From: Chloropicon primus
Taxonomy: Eukaryota
Assembly: GCA_023205875.1 (NCBI GenBank)
Contig: CP060754.1
Location: 124,001-188,000 of the forward strand
DNA: 64,000 bases
Direction: 5' to 3'
Under the pieces are notes generated by a model. It was not told the DNA's origin and made no database searches. It saw nothing but the letters and a program-made list of their open reading frames with translations. A program made the position numbers and the translations under genes. Shown here one piece after another: positions 1 through 11,108 of this stretch. Each line of letters begins with the position of its first letter. Position 1 is the stretch's first letter.

Positions 1-420
1 CTTCACCACGCGAGCGTAGTCCACCGGGTGCTGGACAAGCGTCTCGAGCTCCGGGAACCTCCTCTTGTACACCTCCTTCGAGTACAGGTGAAGCTCGTGG
101 ATCTCCGCGTCTATCTGGGAGACGAGCGAGTTCAGCTCCTGTACGAGCTCGTCCGCACCCCCGGCCCCCGCACTGGTGTACCCGCCCTCCTCCTCCGACC
201 CCCCCCGGTCGACCAGCTCCAGCAGCTCCTTGTACCTCTCGCTAGACGCGAGCTTGGACTCCGCCGTCCTGCCGTGGCTCCGCACTCCCATCGCTCCCGC
301 GACCTTGGCATGACTCTCCTGATGCGTCTCCTTTCTCTCCCCCTGCAGTCCTTGCCCCCCCCCCTCCTCCCCGTCCGAGGACAAGTCCTCCAGGTCCGCC
401 ATAAACGTTTCCAGCGCCAT
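1..420 (-). CDS. PRP31: U4/U6 snRNP protein Prp31, N-terminal part (runs off window start)
   Basis: Manual translation from ATG at 420 (frame absent from the ORF track): MALETFMADLEDLSSD...IDAEIHELHLYSKEVYKRRFPELETLVQHPVDYARVVK, matching the Prp31 NOSIC motif 'KRFPELESLV..PLDY'. Confidence 0.85.
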   Translation of the reverse strand, partial: MALETFMADLEDLSSDGEEGGGQGLQGERKETHQESHAKVAGAMGVRSHGRTAESKLASSERYKELLELVDRGGSEEEGGYTSAGAGGADELVQELNSLVSQIDAEIHELHLYSKEVYKRRFPELETLVQHPVDYARVVK

Positions 421-669
421 CTCTCCCTCCCTCCTCCCTCCAACTCCAACCCCAAGCCAACCCTCCCACTAAACAAACACCTCTCCCTCTCCCTCTCTCC
501 CTCTCTCCTCTCTCTCTCCCTCTCCCTCTCTCTCTCTCCCTCTCTCTCAAGCGTTTGCGTTTGTGGTTGAGAAAAGGAGAGCAGACTTGTGCTTGGCCAG
601 GAGAGGGAGAGGAGAGGAGAGGAGAGGAGGGGAGGAGGGGAAGGACGGGAGGAAGACAAGAGGTGCAGG

Positions 670-2493
670 ATGAAGGGAAAGTGCGTGGGGGTGGGGAGGG
701 GGGAGAGGGCAGCGGTGACGGTGACGGCGACCAGGAACAGGGGAGGGAGGACGAGAGGAAAGAGGGGGGCTCAGGGGGTGGTGAGAGCGAGAGGGGAGGA
801 GGACGAGAGGAACGAGGGGGGGGAGGGGACCTCGCCTGTGCCAGGGGCGGGGCTCGGGTCGAGGGGATCCAGGAGCAGAGGCAGCAGGATTCGGCGGGGG
901 GACATCCCGGACCCGGTCCTCCGGAGGCGGAAGGCGGAGCGCCAACAGGGGGAGGAGGCCAAGGCCGAGACGGATGGCTTGTTGGATTCCGTGGACCCCG
1001 TCTCTCTCGGAAGGCGGGCCCGCAAGGAGGTCGACCAGGCTTGGAGGAACTTCACGAGGTTGGGTCAGTTCGCCTCCACGTCCTTGCAAGAGTACGAGGC
1101 TTCCGTGGAGCGCCTTGAGACCGACATGGTCGGGCTGGAGGGCACGGGGTACGAGGTTCCCCAGGCGTTGGACACCCGCGTGCTCGTCGTGGGGGGCACG
1201 GGCCAGGTCGGGCGCGTCGTCCTGAACAAGCTCCTGCTTCGTGGGTACACGGTGAGGGCCCTGGTCACGAACCTGTCGGACGAGATATTGGAGAACTTCC
1301 CGCCCTCGGTGGAGCTCGTCAAGGGCGACGTTTCTGTCAAGACGGAGGCCCTGGACGCGACCAGGGACTGCGACAAGGTCATCTTCTGCGCGCGGGCGAG
1401 GACGAACCTCCTCGCGGACGTCACGAGGGTCGAGAACGAGGGGGTGAAGAACTTGGTGACGGCCATGCTCCACCACAAGAATGAGGAGAATACCGTCGCG
1501 GCAGCGGCTGGGGACCAGGCCCCGACGAGGAAGAACAAGATTGTTTTGTTCAAGTACCAGAATTACAAGAAAACTGGCAAGTTTGGTGAGTGGAGCGTCG
1601 AGAGTCAGGGCGACAACCTCGCCAAGGACTTTGGGTACATCGGCACGTCTGCGAAGCCCAAGATCACGGTGCAGATGCCCAACGAGGAGAACAAGAGCTT
1701 TCTGTTTGAGGGACTGAACACGGACTACGCGGAGACGACCTCGAAGATCAAGCTCCCAGAGGGCGTGTCGCTCAGAAGCTGCGAGGGCTTGGTTCTGAAC
1801 TGCCACGGGAACGGCAAAAAGTTCGCGGTGGTGCTGTACACCGAGGACAGCGAGGGGAGGCACGGGTACATCTCCGAGTTCAGCACACTGGGGACGGGGT
1901 TCTGCACCAGGAGGATTCCTTTCTCTGCCTTCACGAGGCTGAACGCGGACCAGCCGCCCTTGAACCTGAACGACGTCAAGGACTTTGGCCTGAGATATCG
2001 CTCGGCGTGGAACAAGACAGATAACGAGGGTCAGGAGACCTCGCGAAGCAGAAGCTTCAGAATGAAGGTGGACTGGGTGAAAGCCCTGCCGAGCGGACCC
2101 GAGTCTGACGTGATCCTCGTGTCTTGCTCTGGCTCCCAGTACGAGGAGGGTGACCGGGAGAGGCTTCTGAAGCCAAAGAGGGCTGGGGAGGCCCACCTGA
2201 GGAATTCTGGCTTGGGCTACACGGTGGTCCGCGCGAGCTCTCTCGTGGATGCCCCCGGAGGCCAAAAAGCCCTCCTCTTTGACCAGGGCAGCAGGCTCGG
2301 CGGCTCCATCTCCTCGGCCGATGTCGCAGACGTCTGCATCAGGTGCCTGCACAGCAGCGAGGCGAGGAACAAGACCTTTGAGGTCACGAATGAATCGGAC
2401 CAAAGCGTGTCAGAGTTTGAGCTGGTGGCCCACATCCCAGACAAGACGGACTACGTCACAACTGCTGTCCAGGGGCTTGAGAAGAACACTTGA
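670..2493 (+). CDS. HCF173: HCF173-like plastid protein: NAD(P)-binding SDR fold interrupted by a CIA30-like domain
   Basis: VLVVGGTGQVGR Rossmann motif, central CIA30-like insert, C-terminal LRNSGLGYTVVR...ISSADVADVC...RNKTFEV; Arg/Gly-rich transit-like N-terminus. Confidence 0.75.
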   Translation: MKGKCVGVGRGERAAVTVTATRNRGGRTRGKRGAQGVVRARGEEDERNEGGEGTSPVPGAGLGSRGSRSRGSRIRRGDIPDPVLRRRKAERQQGEEAKAETDGLLDSVDPVSLGRRARKEVDQAWRNFTRLGQFASTSLQEYEASVERLETDMVGLEGTGYEVPQALDTRVLVVGGTGQVGRVVLNKLLLRGYTVRALVTNLSDEILENFPPSVELVKGDVSVKTEALDATRDCDKVIFCARARTNLLADVTRVENEGVKNLVTAMLHHKNEENTVAAAAGDQAPTRKNKIVLFKYQNYKKTGKFGEWSVESQGDNLAKDFGYIGTSAKPKITVQMPNEENKSFLFEGLNTDYAETTSKIKLPEGVSLRSCEGLVLNCHGNGKKFAVVLYTEDSEGRHGYISEFSTLGTGFCTRRIPFSAFTRLNADQPPLNLNDVKDFGLRYRSAWNKTDNEGQETSRSRSFRMKVDWVKALPSGPESDVILVSCSGSQYEEGDRERLLKPKRAGEAHLRNSGLGYTVVRASSLVDAPGGQKALLFDQGSRLGGSISSADVADVCIRCLHSSEARNKTFEVTNESDQSVSEFELVAHIPDKTDYVTTAVQGLEKNT

Positions 2494-2829
2494 AGTGCAT
2501 CAGTCGGGGAACATTAGTACGTGCAAGAATCCCTTTTTGTAATCCACCACACTCTCCAACTCCGTCCGTTGTTGGCGCCATCGAAACCGTCCGCATAAGT
2601 TGACTGCAAATTCCAGATTTTCCTTTCGTCTACTGCATGTTCAAAAAGTTTTTCAATACGGATACGATCGTACAGACGAGTCTCGAGTCGAACGAAAGGA
2701 CGCTCGAGGGGCAAAGGAACGACTTCGGCAGCCCTTGAACCGTTGACCCAGTCCAGGAGATACATGCAATGACGCTCTGGCGCGCAGGAAGGTAGTCGCA
2801 AGTTTCACCCCCCGCCAAAGGAAGGTGTG

Positions 2830-3775
2830 ATGTTTCGCTCCCGAGGGTCCAAGAGGAGGGGAGGGAACAAGGTAAGTGGTAATAACCATCCCCGGTTTGG
2901 GTGGAACTGCCTGTTGTCCGTAGCGTTGGCGGAGGCACCATCACGTTCCTCAAGCTGACGACGAGGCTCTTGATGTGTCCAGGTGGTTCGCGCTGTGAGG
3001 ACTTCCATTGGTTGGATAATACCGCAGGCGAGGAAGAGGGACGAGCAAAGCGAGGAGAAACAGAAACAGCAAAGCAGGGAGGATTTCGCCAAGGAACTCA
3101 ATCAAAAGGTAGGGGCTTTAGTTTCGCATTCCTGTTAAGGTTGTGGGTGAATCCTGACGCCGAGTTTGATCTCCAACCCTGCAGATAAAGAGCGCCCGGG
3201 GCCTGGGGAGACGCATCTCCTCGGTCTTCAGGAGAAGGACGAGCACCATCGCACCAGCTGAAATCCTCAAGATCCAGAAGAGGAAGGAGAACGGTGCGAG
3301 GGGCCACGAGCAGTCCATCGAGGACGTGCTGAGGGCGAAGCAGCAGCAGCACCACCACCGGGTGCCTCCGCCGCCACCACTTGGGGACACGGGGTCGCCC
3401 GGGCGTCGAACCTCTGGGCTTCGACTCGCTGGTCTTGGGAAAGAGTTTGTGTACAGGGACTTTATGCCACACTACGTGGAGAGGCACGACAGGTATGAGA
3501 CTTTTGACTCTCTGCTGAAGCGAGCGAACAAGTGGATAAAAGACCAGCAGCTGCAGGTGCTCACACTTGAGACCCTCCTCGTCCCGGCAGGGAATCTGCC
3601 CGGGAGGGATTCGTCGTCCCTGGACAAGTTTCTATCGGTGGAAGTGCTGCGAATATGGTACGACAAGAACCAGACGTTGCAGCAGTTCCTGAGATCCAAC
3701 AAGAGAGAGCTGCCGAAGACCTTGTTCTCCTCGCACTATTTTGGAAAGAAGGTCAAATCGTACTTTTTGTGCTGA
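2830..3775 (+). CDS. Hypothetical protein, 3 exons (2830-2871, 2983-3108, 3185-3775)
   Basis: GT-AG introns keep the frame (MFRSRGSKRRGGNK|VVRAV...ELNQK|IKSARG...); globular-looking C-terminal part YRDFMP...YETFDSLLKRANKWI. Confidence 0.55.
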
Positions 3776-3929
3776 TGAGATGGGTGCACGGCGGACAGCG
3801 GCTCGCTCCACTCAAAAACTGTTTTCATAACAAACTTCATATTATGGTACTTTTAAGTTGTAAAATACATCAGTCCAGTGCAATGGACATTAAAAAACTG
3901 CCTCCACTTGACGTCGAACGTCAAAAGCT

Positions 3930-5144
3930 CTAAGACAGGTTCTGCAAGTTGTTCTGAATGACCATCCAATATGATGTTGGCAGGCTTCTCAGCTTCTTCC
4001 ACTTGGGCACGTACGCCCTCTGGGTGAAATTGTCGTAATCATTGTTCTCCACGCTATCGAGGATCTGCTGGTAAAGGACGAGGGCGCTCAGGACGGGCCA
4101 GCGCGCGTTCTCCTCCAGCTTCATCACCCCATCCTCCGCCATCTTGAAGTACTGCCTCGCCCTCTCGATCTGGAACTTCATGAACTGCCTCCACCTCTCG
4201 TCCGTGACCCCGTCCTTGCTCACGAGGGAGCAGCTCATGACCTCCTCCTCCGATATCCCGAACCTCTCCAACTCGTCCAGGGGGATGTAGATGCGGTTCC
4301 TGTAAGTGTCCTCCCCCACGTCCCTCAAAATGTTTGTGAGCTGGTTCGCGATCCCGAGAGCCAGCGCCGCCGAGTACGTCTCCTCGATCTCGCCCGTGAA
4401 CTGGGGCGCGATCCCCATGACGGGGGTGGTCATCAGCCCCACCGTGCCCGCCACCCTGTAGCAGTACTCGTAGAGCTCCTCGAAGCTGTTGTACCTCGCC
4501 TTCACCAGGTCCATCCTCATGCCGTCGATCATGTCCCTGAAGGGCTGGATGTCGACGGGAAACTTGGCCACGGTGTCCGACAGAGCCGCGTCAAGCATGT
4601 CGTAAGGCTTCCCCGCGAATATGGCCTCGAGCCTCTCCTCCCACCTCTCCAGGGCCTTGGGGGTTATCCTGGAGGCGTGCGGGCCGTCCACCAGCTCGTC
4701 CGTGCGCCTGCACCAGACGTAAATGGCCCAGATCGCCCTCGCCTTCTCCTGCGTCATCAGCTGCGTCCCGAGGTAGAACGTCTTGGCGTAGTACTCGGTC
4801 ACCAGGCCGCACCGCTCGTAGGACTCCTCCAGGGCCTGAGGCGTCAGCTCGGCCAACGGAGCTGCGCGACCCTCCGCGAGGTCGCCCAGGGTGAACTTCT
4901 CGCTCCGCGCCACGGAGCGCTTCAGGCCGTTGTCCTCCGAGGGGCACTCTACCTCAAGCTCCGCCGGCTGCTGCGCCACGGCCCTCGCCGTTGTCGGACC
5001 CCCGACACCCCTCCCGACGCCCAGGGCTCCCTGCCCCTGGCACCTGCCTTGGAGACGGGGCAGCCCCCTCGTCGTGGTGGCCGTTCCCCTCGCGCTCCCC
5101 ATCCCCCTCGCACCTCCCACTGCCATCCCTCCAAGCTTGGACAT
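3930..5144 (-). CDS. PSY: Phytoene synthase, plastid-targeted
   Basis: [52 protein letters not shown] motifs. Confidence 0.97.
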   Translation of the reverse strand: MSKLGGMAVGGARGMGSARGTATTTRGLPRLQGRCQGQGALGVGRGVGGPTTARAVAQQPAELEVECPSEDNGLKRSVARSEKFTLGDLAEGRAAPLAELTPQALEESYERCGLVTEYYAKTFYLGTQLMTQEKARAIWAIYVWCRRTDELVDGPHASRITPKALERWEERLEAIFAGKPYDMLDAALSDTVAKFPVDIQPFRDMIDGMRMDLVKARYNSFEELYEYCYRVAGTVGLMTTPVMGIAPQFTGEIEETYSAALALGIANQLTNILRDVGEDTYRNRIYIPLDELERFGISEEEVMSCSLVSKDGVTDERWRQFMKFQIERARQYFKMAEDGVMKLEENARWPVLSALVLYQQILDSVENNDYDNFTQRAYVPKWKKLRSLPTSYWMVIQNNLQNLS

Positions 5145-5866
5145 GGACTCGACACCGAACAGCACCCTGCAACGTGAACGTCTCGCCGGAAGCAACCCCG
5201 TGTCACACCCCCTTTCGGCTCTTCTCTTCCCAGGGGGTGGTCTTGTCTTATCTTATCTTATCGGAAAATCCACTTTATCTCCCCCGATAAGTCAAAATCC
5301 GGCCCAAGGCAAGCCTTCCAGCCTGCGCGTGTGTGTTGTTTTCGTGTTCCCCCCCGATACGTTCGTCTCTCTTTCCCTCCCTCACCCCACTTGGACTCGT
5401 TTGTTCCTCCTTCCCTCGTCTTCCAAGTCGTCTTCCAACTGCCCCGCTTCACCTCTTCGCCTCTTCGTCCTCGCCTCTGCCGTCCGTCCAATCCCAATCT
5501 CGTCCCCTCCTGGCCACCAATCCAAATCCAAAGCGGGAGGAGTATGGAAATTTCCATTATATCGTCTTATATCGAATATTCGGCGGCGGCGGCGAGGCAC
5601 GCCTTTTGCCTTGCCGAGAAAGAGGAACGCAGTTAGGGAACGAGAGTTCGCGAGCGAGAGAGAAGAAAAAAAAAACACGAACAGGTGTTGAGGAAGATAT
5701 TAGCAGGTGAGTGAGGGACGGAGGACGATAAGAACTTCATTTCCTCGCGAGGGTGGGTGCGTCCAAGTGCTTGGACTCTCGCGCGACTCGTGTGCGCTGA
5801 CACTTTCGCTGCTCCTCTCTTCGATTGCTGCAGAAACTTCAGAGGAGGACTAGTGTGCATAACAAC

Positions 5867-6289
5867 ATGTCTGATGGAGAAGTAGAGACCCCAGTCGAGG
5901 CCCCAGCCCCAGCCGTTGGAGAGCCCCTTGACCTCATGTCTGCCTTGCAGATGGTCTTGAAGAAGGCCTTGGCTTGCCACTCCTTGATGCGCGGACTCCA
6001 CGAGGTCGCCAGGACCATCGAGAAGGGCGAGGCCCAGCTCGTCGTCCTCGCCCAGGACTGCGACAACGGAGACTACGTCAAGCTCGTCGAGGGCCTTTGC
6101 AAGGAGAAGAGCATCTCTCTCCTCAAGGTCCCAAAGAAGTCTCAGTTGGGAGAGTGGTGCGGACTCTGCAAGATCGATGCCGAGGGCAACCCAACCAAGG
6201 TTGTCAACTCCTCCTGTGCCGCCGTCACCGACTACGGTGAGGAGACCGAGGGCCTTGCCGTCCTCATGGAGCACCTCAAGAGCGCTTAA
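5867..6289 (+). CDS. RPS12: 40S ribosomal protein S12 (eS12)
   Basis: ALQMVLKKAL...RGLHEV, LGEWCGLCKIDAEGNPTKVVNSSC; probable 5'-UTR intron ~5707-5833. Confidence 0.95.
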   Translation: MSDGEVETPVEAPAPAVGEPLDLMSALQMVLKKALACHSLMRGLHEVARTIEKGEAQLVVLAQDCDNGDYVKLVEGLCKEKSISLLKVPKKSQLGEWCGLCKIDAEGNPTKVVNSSCAAVTDYGEETEGLAVLMEHLKSA

Positions 6290-6741
6290 GGAGGCAGGCT
6301 TGGCAGACGACGGGGGCTGCTTTTCGGAAGGTCTGCTTGACGTTCGGAAAACGCTACTTGTTCTGTTAAAAACCCAAACCTTTTTTTTTTCTTTTAATTT
6401 GTCAATCCATACTTTACGTTTTTTGGCACATCCTTGGAGTTCTCTTTCGCACAGCCTCCCCCCCTCCCCCCCCTCGACCTCTCCCCCCTCCTCGGCTCCT
6501 TGGCTCCTCCCCCACCAACGACTCGACCCTTGCCCAAAAGAACCAAGCCCATTCTCTCTCCCAAAAATAGCTAAAAGCGAAAAGGTAACCGCCTCGTCGT
6601 CGTCAGTGCCCTTGCTCGAAGGGGGGGGGAGAGCTCTCGGGGAGGGGTCCAGGGCGCGTGCCGAGACAGCCTGCGCCGCGGCTTTCGTCCCGGCGTCCCT
6701 CTTTCGCGTTGTGCCCGCTGCTGCTTTGTGTTTGGTGAGTT

Positions 6742-8448
6742 ATGGGTCAGGAGGGGGAGGATCGAACGAAACGGACGACGAGGGGGGGTCTGGTTCTGTC
6801 CGCGGGCTCGGGAGGCGAGGAGGAGGGAAGCGGCGCGGGGGACGGAGCGGTCGGGAGCCTCTTTCCCGAAGACAACGTTCGCGGCGAGTGGCGGGTGAGG
6901 CGACAGCTGACGCTGACAGACGACGAGGACGACACCGCGGGGCTGCTGAAGGGGCAGCAGCCCTTCCATCACGAGAGGGGGAGGGAAGCGAATGGGGTTG
7001 GGGGCGCCACCATGGCGGAGACCTGGAAGAGCGTCGGCTCGGCAAGTGGAGGGGACTCGGACGTCTTCGGGCTTCCGTTCTCCCCGCAGCAGGGGGAGGC
7101 CGGGAAGGCGAGCGCGGGGGCGTCCTCGGGGTCGAGCTTGGCGGACGTGCTCTTGGAGGCAAAGAACAGCACGGGGCACATGATTCTGGGGACGAAGATG
7201 AACGTGCTGCTCGTGTGCGCGCCCTTGGCTTGGGCTTCGAATCACTGGTCCTGGGGCAGCGGCCTCACCGCGGTGCTGGCGCTCCTGGCCCTGTGCCCCC
7301 TCGCCGAAAGACTTGGGTTCACCACGGAGCAGCTCGCGCTGAGAACGAACGACACGCTGGGAGCCTTGCTCAACGTCACTTTTGGGAATGCCACCGAACT
7401 GATTCTCTCCATCGTGGCGCTTAAGCAGGCGGAGATCACCCTGATTCAGATGAGCCTCATCGGGTCCATCCTGTCCAACCAGTTCCTTGTCCTTGGCTCC
7501 GCCATGGTAGTCGGAGGACTGAAGCACGGGGTCCAGCTGTTCGAGAGGACGTCTGCCGTGCTGCACCTCAGTCTGCTGGTGGGAAGCAGCGTGGCGCTGC
7601 TGATACCCATGGCGATGTCCTACGCGGGAGGGGAGACAGGGGTGAGGTCGCCCGTCGCGTGGCTCTCGAGAATCATTTCCGTGGTGATGATCGCCGCGTA
7701 CGGCTTGTTCCTCTACTGCATTCTGAAGAGGGAGAAGAGCCAGATCAAGCCGTCCCCGCCGGAGAGCAGCCGGTTAGCGGCGTCGGCGTTCTCCATCCTG
7801 CACAAGTCAGTCACGCGGCTGCATCGGTCCAGCATGGAAAGGCCAGCGCCTTTCTTTAAGGCTGGGACCAGCCCGGACATCGAGCTGGGCAGTGCGATGG
7901 GGAGCGGGAGGTCGACACTGGAGAGCGCCAGGTCGCTGGGATCGCTGCAGGAGAGGCCAGAGGAGGAGGAGGAGGAGGAGGCCCCCGTGATCAGCACTCT
8001 CTCTGGCGTGCTCTGGCTGGGCCTCGTTGCGATTCTCATCTCCGTCATGTCAGACATCCTGGTCGACAACATCGAGGCTGGGGCGGCGCAGGAGCTCCAC
8101 GTCCCCTCGAGCTTCCTCTACACGATCATTGTCCCCATCGTTGGCAACGCGGCGGAGCACACCTCCGCCCTCATCTTCTCCTATAGGGACAAACCAGACA
8201 TCGCCTTTGGCATTGCAGTCGGAAGCAGCGTGCAGATCGCCCTCCTGGTCATTCCCGCCTGCGTGCTGATCGCCTGGCCCATGGGGCAGGACCTCACGCT
8301 GCGTTTCGGCAGCTTTGAGACGTGCGTTTACGCGGCCTCCGTTCTCCTCCTCTTCACCACGATCAGCGACGGTCTGAGCAACTGGACCAAAGGCGCCCTC
8401 CTCATCACCTCATACCTCGTCATTGCCATTGGGGTCTGGTTCCAGTGA
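6742..8448 (+). CDS. CAX: Ca2+/H+ (cation/proton) exchanger, CAX family
   Basis: alpha-1 repeat TFGNATELI, alpha-2 repeat PIVGNAAEH, GSILSN, acidic central loop, multiple TM segments. Confidence 0.92.
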   Translation: MGQEGEDRTKRTTRGGLVLSAGSGGEEEGSGAGDGAVGSLFPEDNVRGEWRVRRQLTLTDDEDDTAGLLKGQQPFHHERGREANGVGGATMAETWKSVGSASGGDSDVFGLPFSPQQGEAGKASAGASSGSSLADVLLEAKNSTGHMILGTKMNVLLVCAPLAWASNHWSWGSGLTAVLALLALCPLAERLGFTTEQLALRTNDTLGALLNVTFGNATELILSIVALKQAEITLIQMSLIGSILSNQFLVLGSAMVVGGLKHGVQLFERTSAVLHLSLLVGSSVALLIPMAMSYAGGETGVRSPVAWLSRIISVVMIAAYGLFLYCILKREKSQIKPSPPESSRLAASAFSILHKSVTRLHRSSMERPAPFFKAGTSPDIELGSAMGSGRSTLESARSLGSLQERPEEEEEEEAPVISTLSGVLWLGLVAILISVMSDILVDNIEAGAAQELHVPSSFLYTIIVPIVGNAAEHTSALIFSYRDKPDIAFGIAVGSSVQIALLVIPACVLIAWPMGQDLTLRFGSFETCVYAASVLLLFTTISDGLSNWTKGALLITSYLVIAIGVWFQ

Positions 8449-8695
8449 AGAGTGCAATCATGTAATCCCAAAATTTTCAAGTCAGAGAGTCAGTGTCCTT
8501 GCTTGCCGTTATCAAGGGAAACAAGGAAACCTGATGATCCACGATTTCAGAGGCAGCAAGTGTGTGATCCTCCACAACTTCGACTTCGTGTCGTGTCCCC
8601 TTTGGCCGTTTTGAAAAAACGAGAATTTCCAGGGAGGCCAGCCGCACCTGGAAAGAAAAATCAGAATCAGAGGGTTTCCATCGCGAGGGAGAGCG

Positions 8696-8742
<47 letters not shown>

Positions 8743-8751
8743 AGGGAAGAC

Positions 8752-9375
8752 ATGGACCTGTCAGAGACGTTCACGAAGCCGCTCCAGGACTTCGCTAAGA
8801 ATTCTGTCAGACTCATTAAGAGGTGCACGAAGCCTGACGCGAAAGGTAAGGACTCGAGAGAGAGAGGGGGGCTTGACTCACGCACTCACGCACGCGAGGA
8901 GGGAGAGGGGGAGGGAGGGGGGGAACCCGGCCGAGGGAGAGGGAAGTGGGCCTTCGGCGGCGACGGCGGCGGTGGTGCACATGCGTGTGTCGAGGTGCTG
9001 CTGCGAGCGCGGAGCAATTGTCGGCGGTCTTGTTCGAGGGTGCGAGAGCGCAGATCGGAGTGTCTCGGGCCCCTGATCTCCCTCTCGGCCACCAGACCGG
9101 ACGCTTCCCCGTCAGCAAGCGGCTCGCCGCTGGACCCCGGTAGCGTGGGTTGCTGTTGCGGCGAACTGACACCTCTCGTTCGCTCGTTTTATTTCTCCTT
9201 GCTGTTCCTCTGGCGATGACACACAGAGTACAAGAAGATCTGCTTTCAGACGATAGTTGGTTTTTCCATCATGGGGTTCATTGGTTTCTTCGTGAAGCTT
9301 ATCTTCATCCCCATCAACAACATCATCATGGGAAGTTCCGCGGCTGCCGAGGCTGCTGCCGAGGCTTCTGCTTAA
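8752..9375 (+). CDS. SEC61G: Sec61 translocon gamma subunit, 2 exons (8752-8845, 9227-9375)
   Basis: [24 protein letters not shown]...[23 protein letters not shown] after splicing G|GTAAG...CAG. Confidence 0.93.
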
Positions 9376-9469
9376 GAGCAGCAAAAGAAGTACAATAATA
9401 TCCTAGTTGAGAATATAAGAAATTGGTTCTGTTTTTACTCCCCTCCCTGGTGCTCCCCACCCAACGCCG

Positions 9470-10993
9470 TTACCTTTGCTTTATCCTGTGGATGTAGACT
9501 TTGGGAGAGAGCACGACGACGAGAGGAACGCCCCTCGAGAGCACAGCCTCCTTCAGGCTGGAAAAGTCCCTGGGGAGCTCGAAGCGGGCATACCCGTCTA
9601 TCTGCCTCACGAGCTCGTAGCTTGGCCGCTCGGCGTCCGCAGTGACTAAATAATCGAAGGTGTGCTCGCCCTGACACTCATCCCAAGGCGTCTTGTCATA
9701 CGTCCATGCTTCGTAGTCTTCTCCAAACCTGCTGACACCTGTCATCGCAGGAAACACGTCTATGTGCACGCTCACCTTGGCGTCCTTGGCCCCCAGCCCC
9801 ATCCTGTGAAGCTCCTCAAAAGCTTTGCCCCCTGGATAATTCATGCAGGACACCGTTGCAGCGACGTAGGTGTGGAGGAGGACCACAGCAATAATGCCGA
9901 CGGAGAGGAAGCCCAACCACAGTCTTTTCCTGCCCTTCATCTTGAACACCCTGCTCAGACCAGTAGCCGCGACCACGTTGAAGTACGGCAGAACGGGGAA
10001 TAAGAATCTGACTTCCTTGTGGGGCAGCATCGAGTAGAGCAGGACGTAGGCCAAGGCGATCAGACCAAAGGGCCTTATCCGCCTCTCGTACAGCGCTCCG
10101 ATCAGCACAAAAAACGCGCTCCCTGACAGTGCTCTGGGAAGAGCTGATGTGAAGTACCAATGAGGGGAAGAGACGCCCCACTCGGAGCTTCTGTTGTCCC
10201 CCGCTGGGTTGTTGAAAAGGAACACCTCCAGCTCTGGCCACAGCAACCTCCCCCAAAATACGGAGTCCACCGCCACCGTCAGAACAACAGAGGCGATGCT
10301 TGACACAACGCCAGTAGCCACGAGCCCCACCAGCGTCATCCTTCGCAGCAGCAGGAGAGCGACGGAGGCTGGGGCTAGCAAGAGAACCATGTCACAACGG
10401 AAGATCACGCCGGCGCAAGTCAGGTACTGAACCACCCTCCGAGCATCCCCCTTCTCGTCCCGGATGAGACTCGCCAAGGCCAGGTTCGAAGCGATGACAG
10501 CGAAAGTGTTCGGAAGGAACCGTGAGGCGTAGAACATGGTGTGGAATTGCGAAGCCTGCAGTACCCCATAGCACGCGCCGGTTCCCCTCCCGAATCTCTT
10601 TGCCACCGCCTGCTGCACTCTCACGAAGGTCCACGATGCGAACAATCCTAGAACTAAGCGGGCCGTCGCCCTTTGGAAAGAAAGTCAGCGAGTCGGAAAC
10701 GCAGATCGAGGACCATTCCCTCGTACTTACAGGTTCGCAAGCTTCGGCAGGGCGAGCGCCTCGGTGGCGTACTTGAATGGCGCCGCTGTAACCGCCGTGG
10801 CCAAAGCTCCGAGAAACGTTCTGGGCACCACTCCAGGAAACTCCTGGTGGTCATAACGTTCCAGGTCAAAGCCGTGGTAAAGCAGATCGTGGACTGCTTG
10901 CACGTTGAAGCTCTCCTCGACTTTGGTGTAGGGCGCTACCCACAGGTGGGTCAACACCGCGAGCGGGATCACCAAGGTGCAGAGGGCCTCCAT
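9470..10993 (-). CDS. ALG12: Dol-P-Man alpha-1,6-mannosyltransferase (GT22), 2 exons (intron ~10671-10730)
   Basis: [47 protein letters not shown]. Confidence 0.93.
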
Positions 10994-11108
10994 TCCTCTC
11001 TCTCTCTCTCTCTCTTCTGGTTTATGGAATGGAATTTTTGCCTCGAGCTGTCAAGGAGGGCGAGCGCAGCGAGGATTGATGGATGGAAAACGAAGCAAGC
11101 AAGGTGGA

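Noticed and set aside
8846..9226. Relatively long Sec61 gamma intron as a snoRNA host
   Set aside because: No convincing C/D or H/ACA box arrangement was seen.
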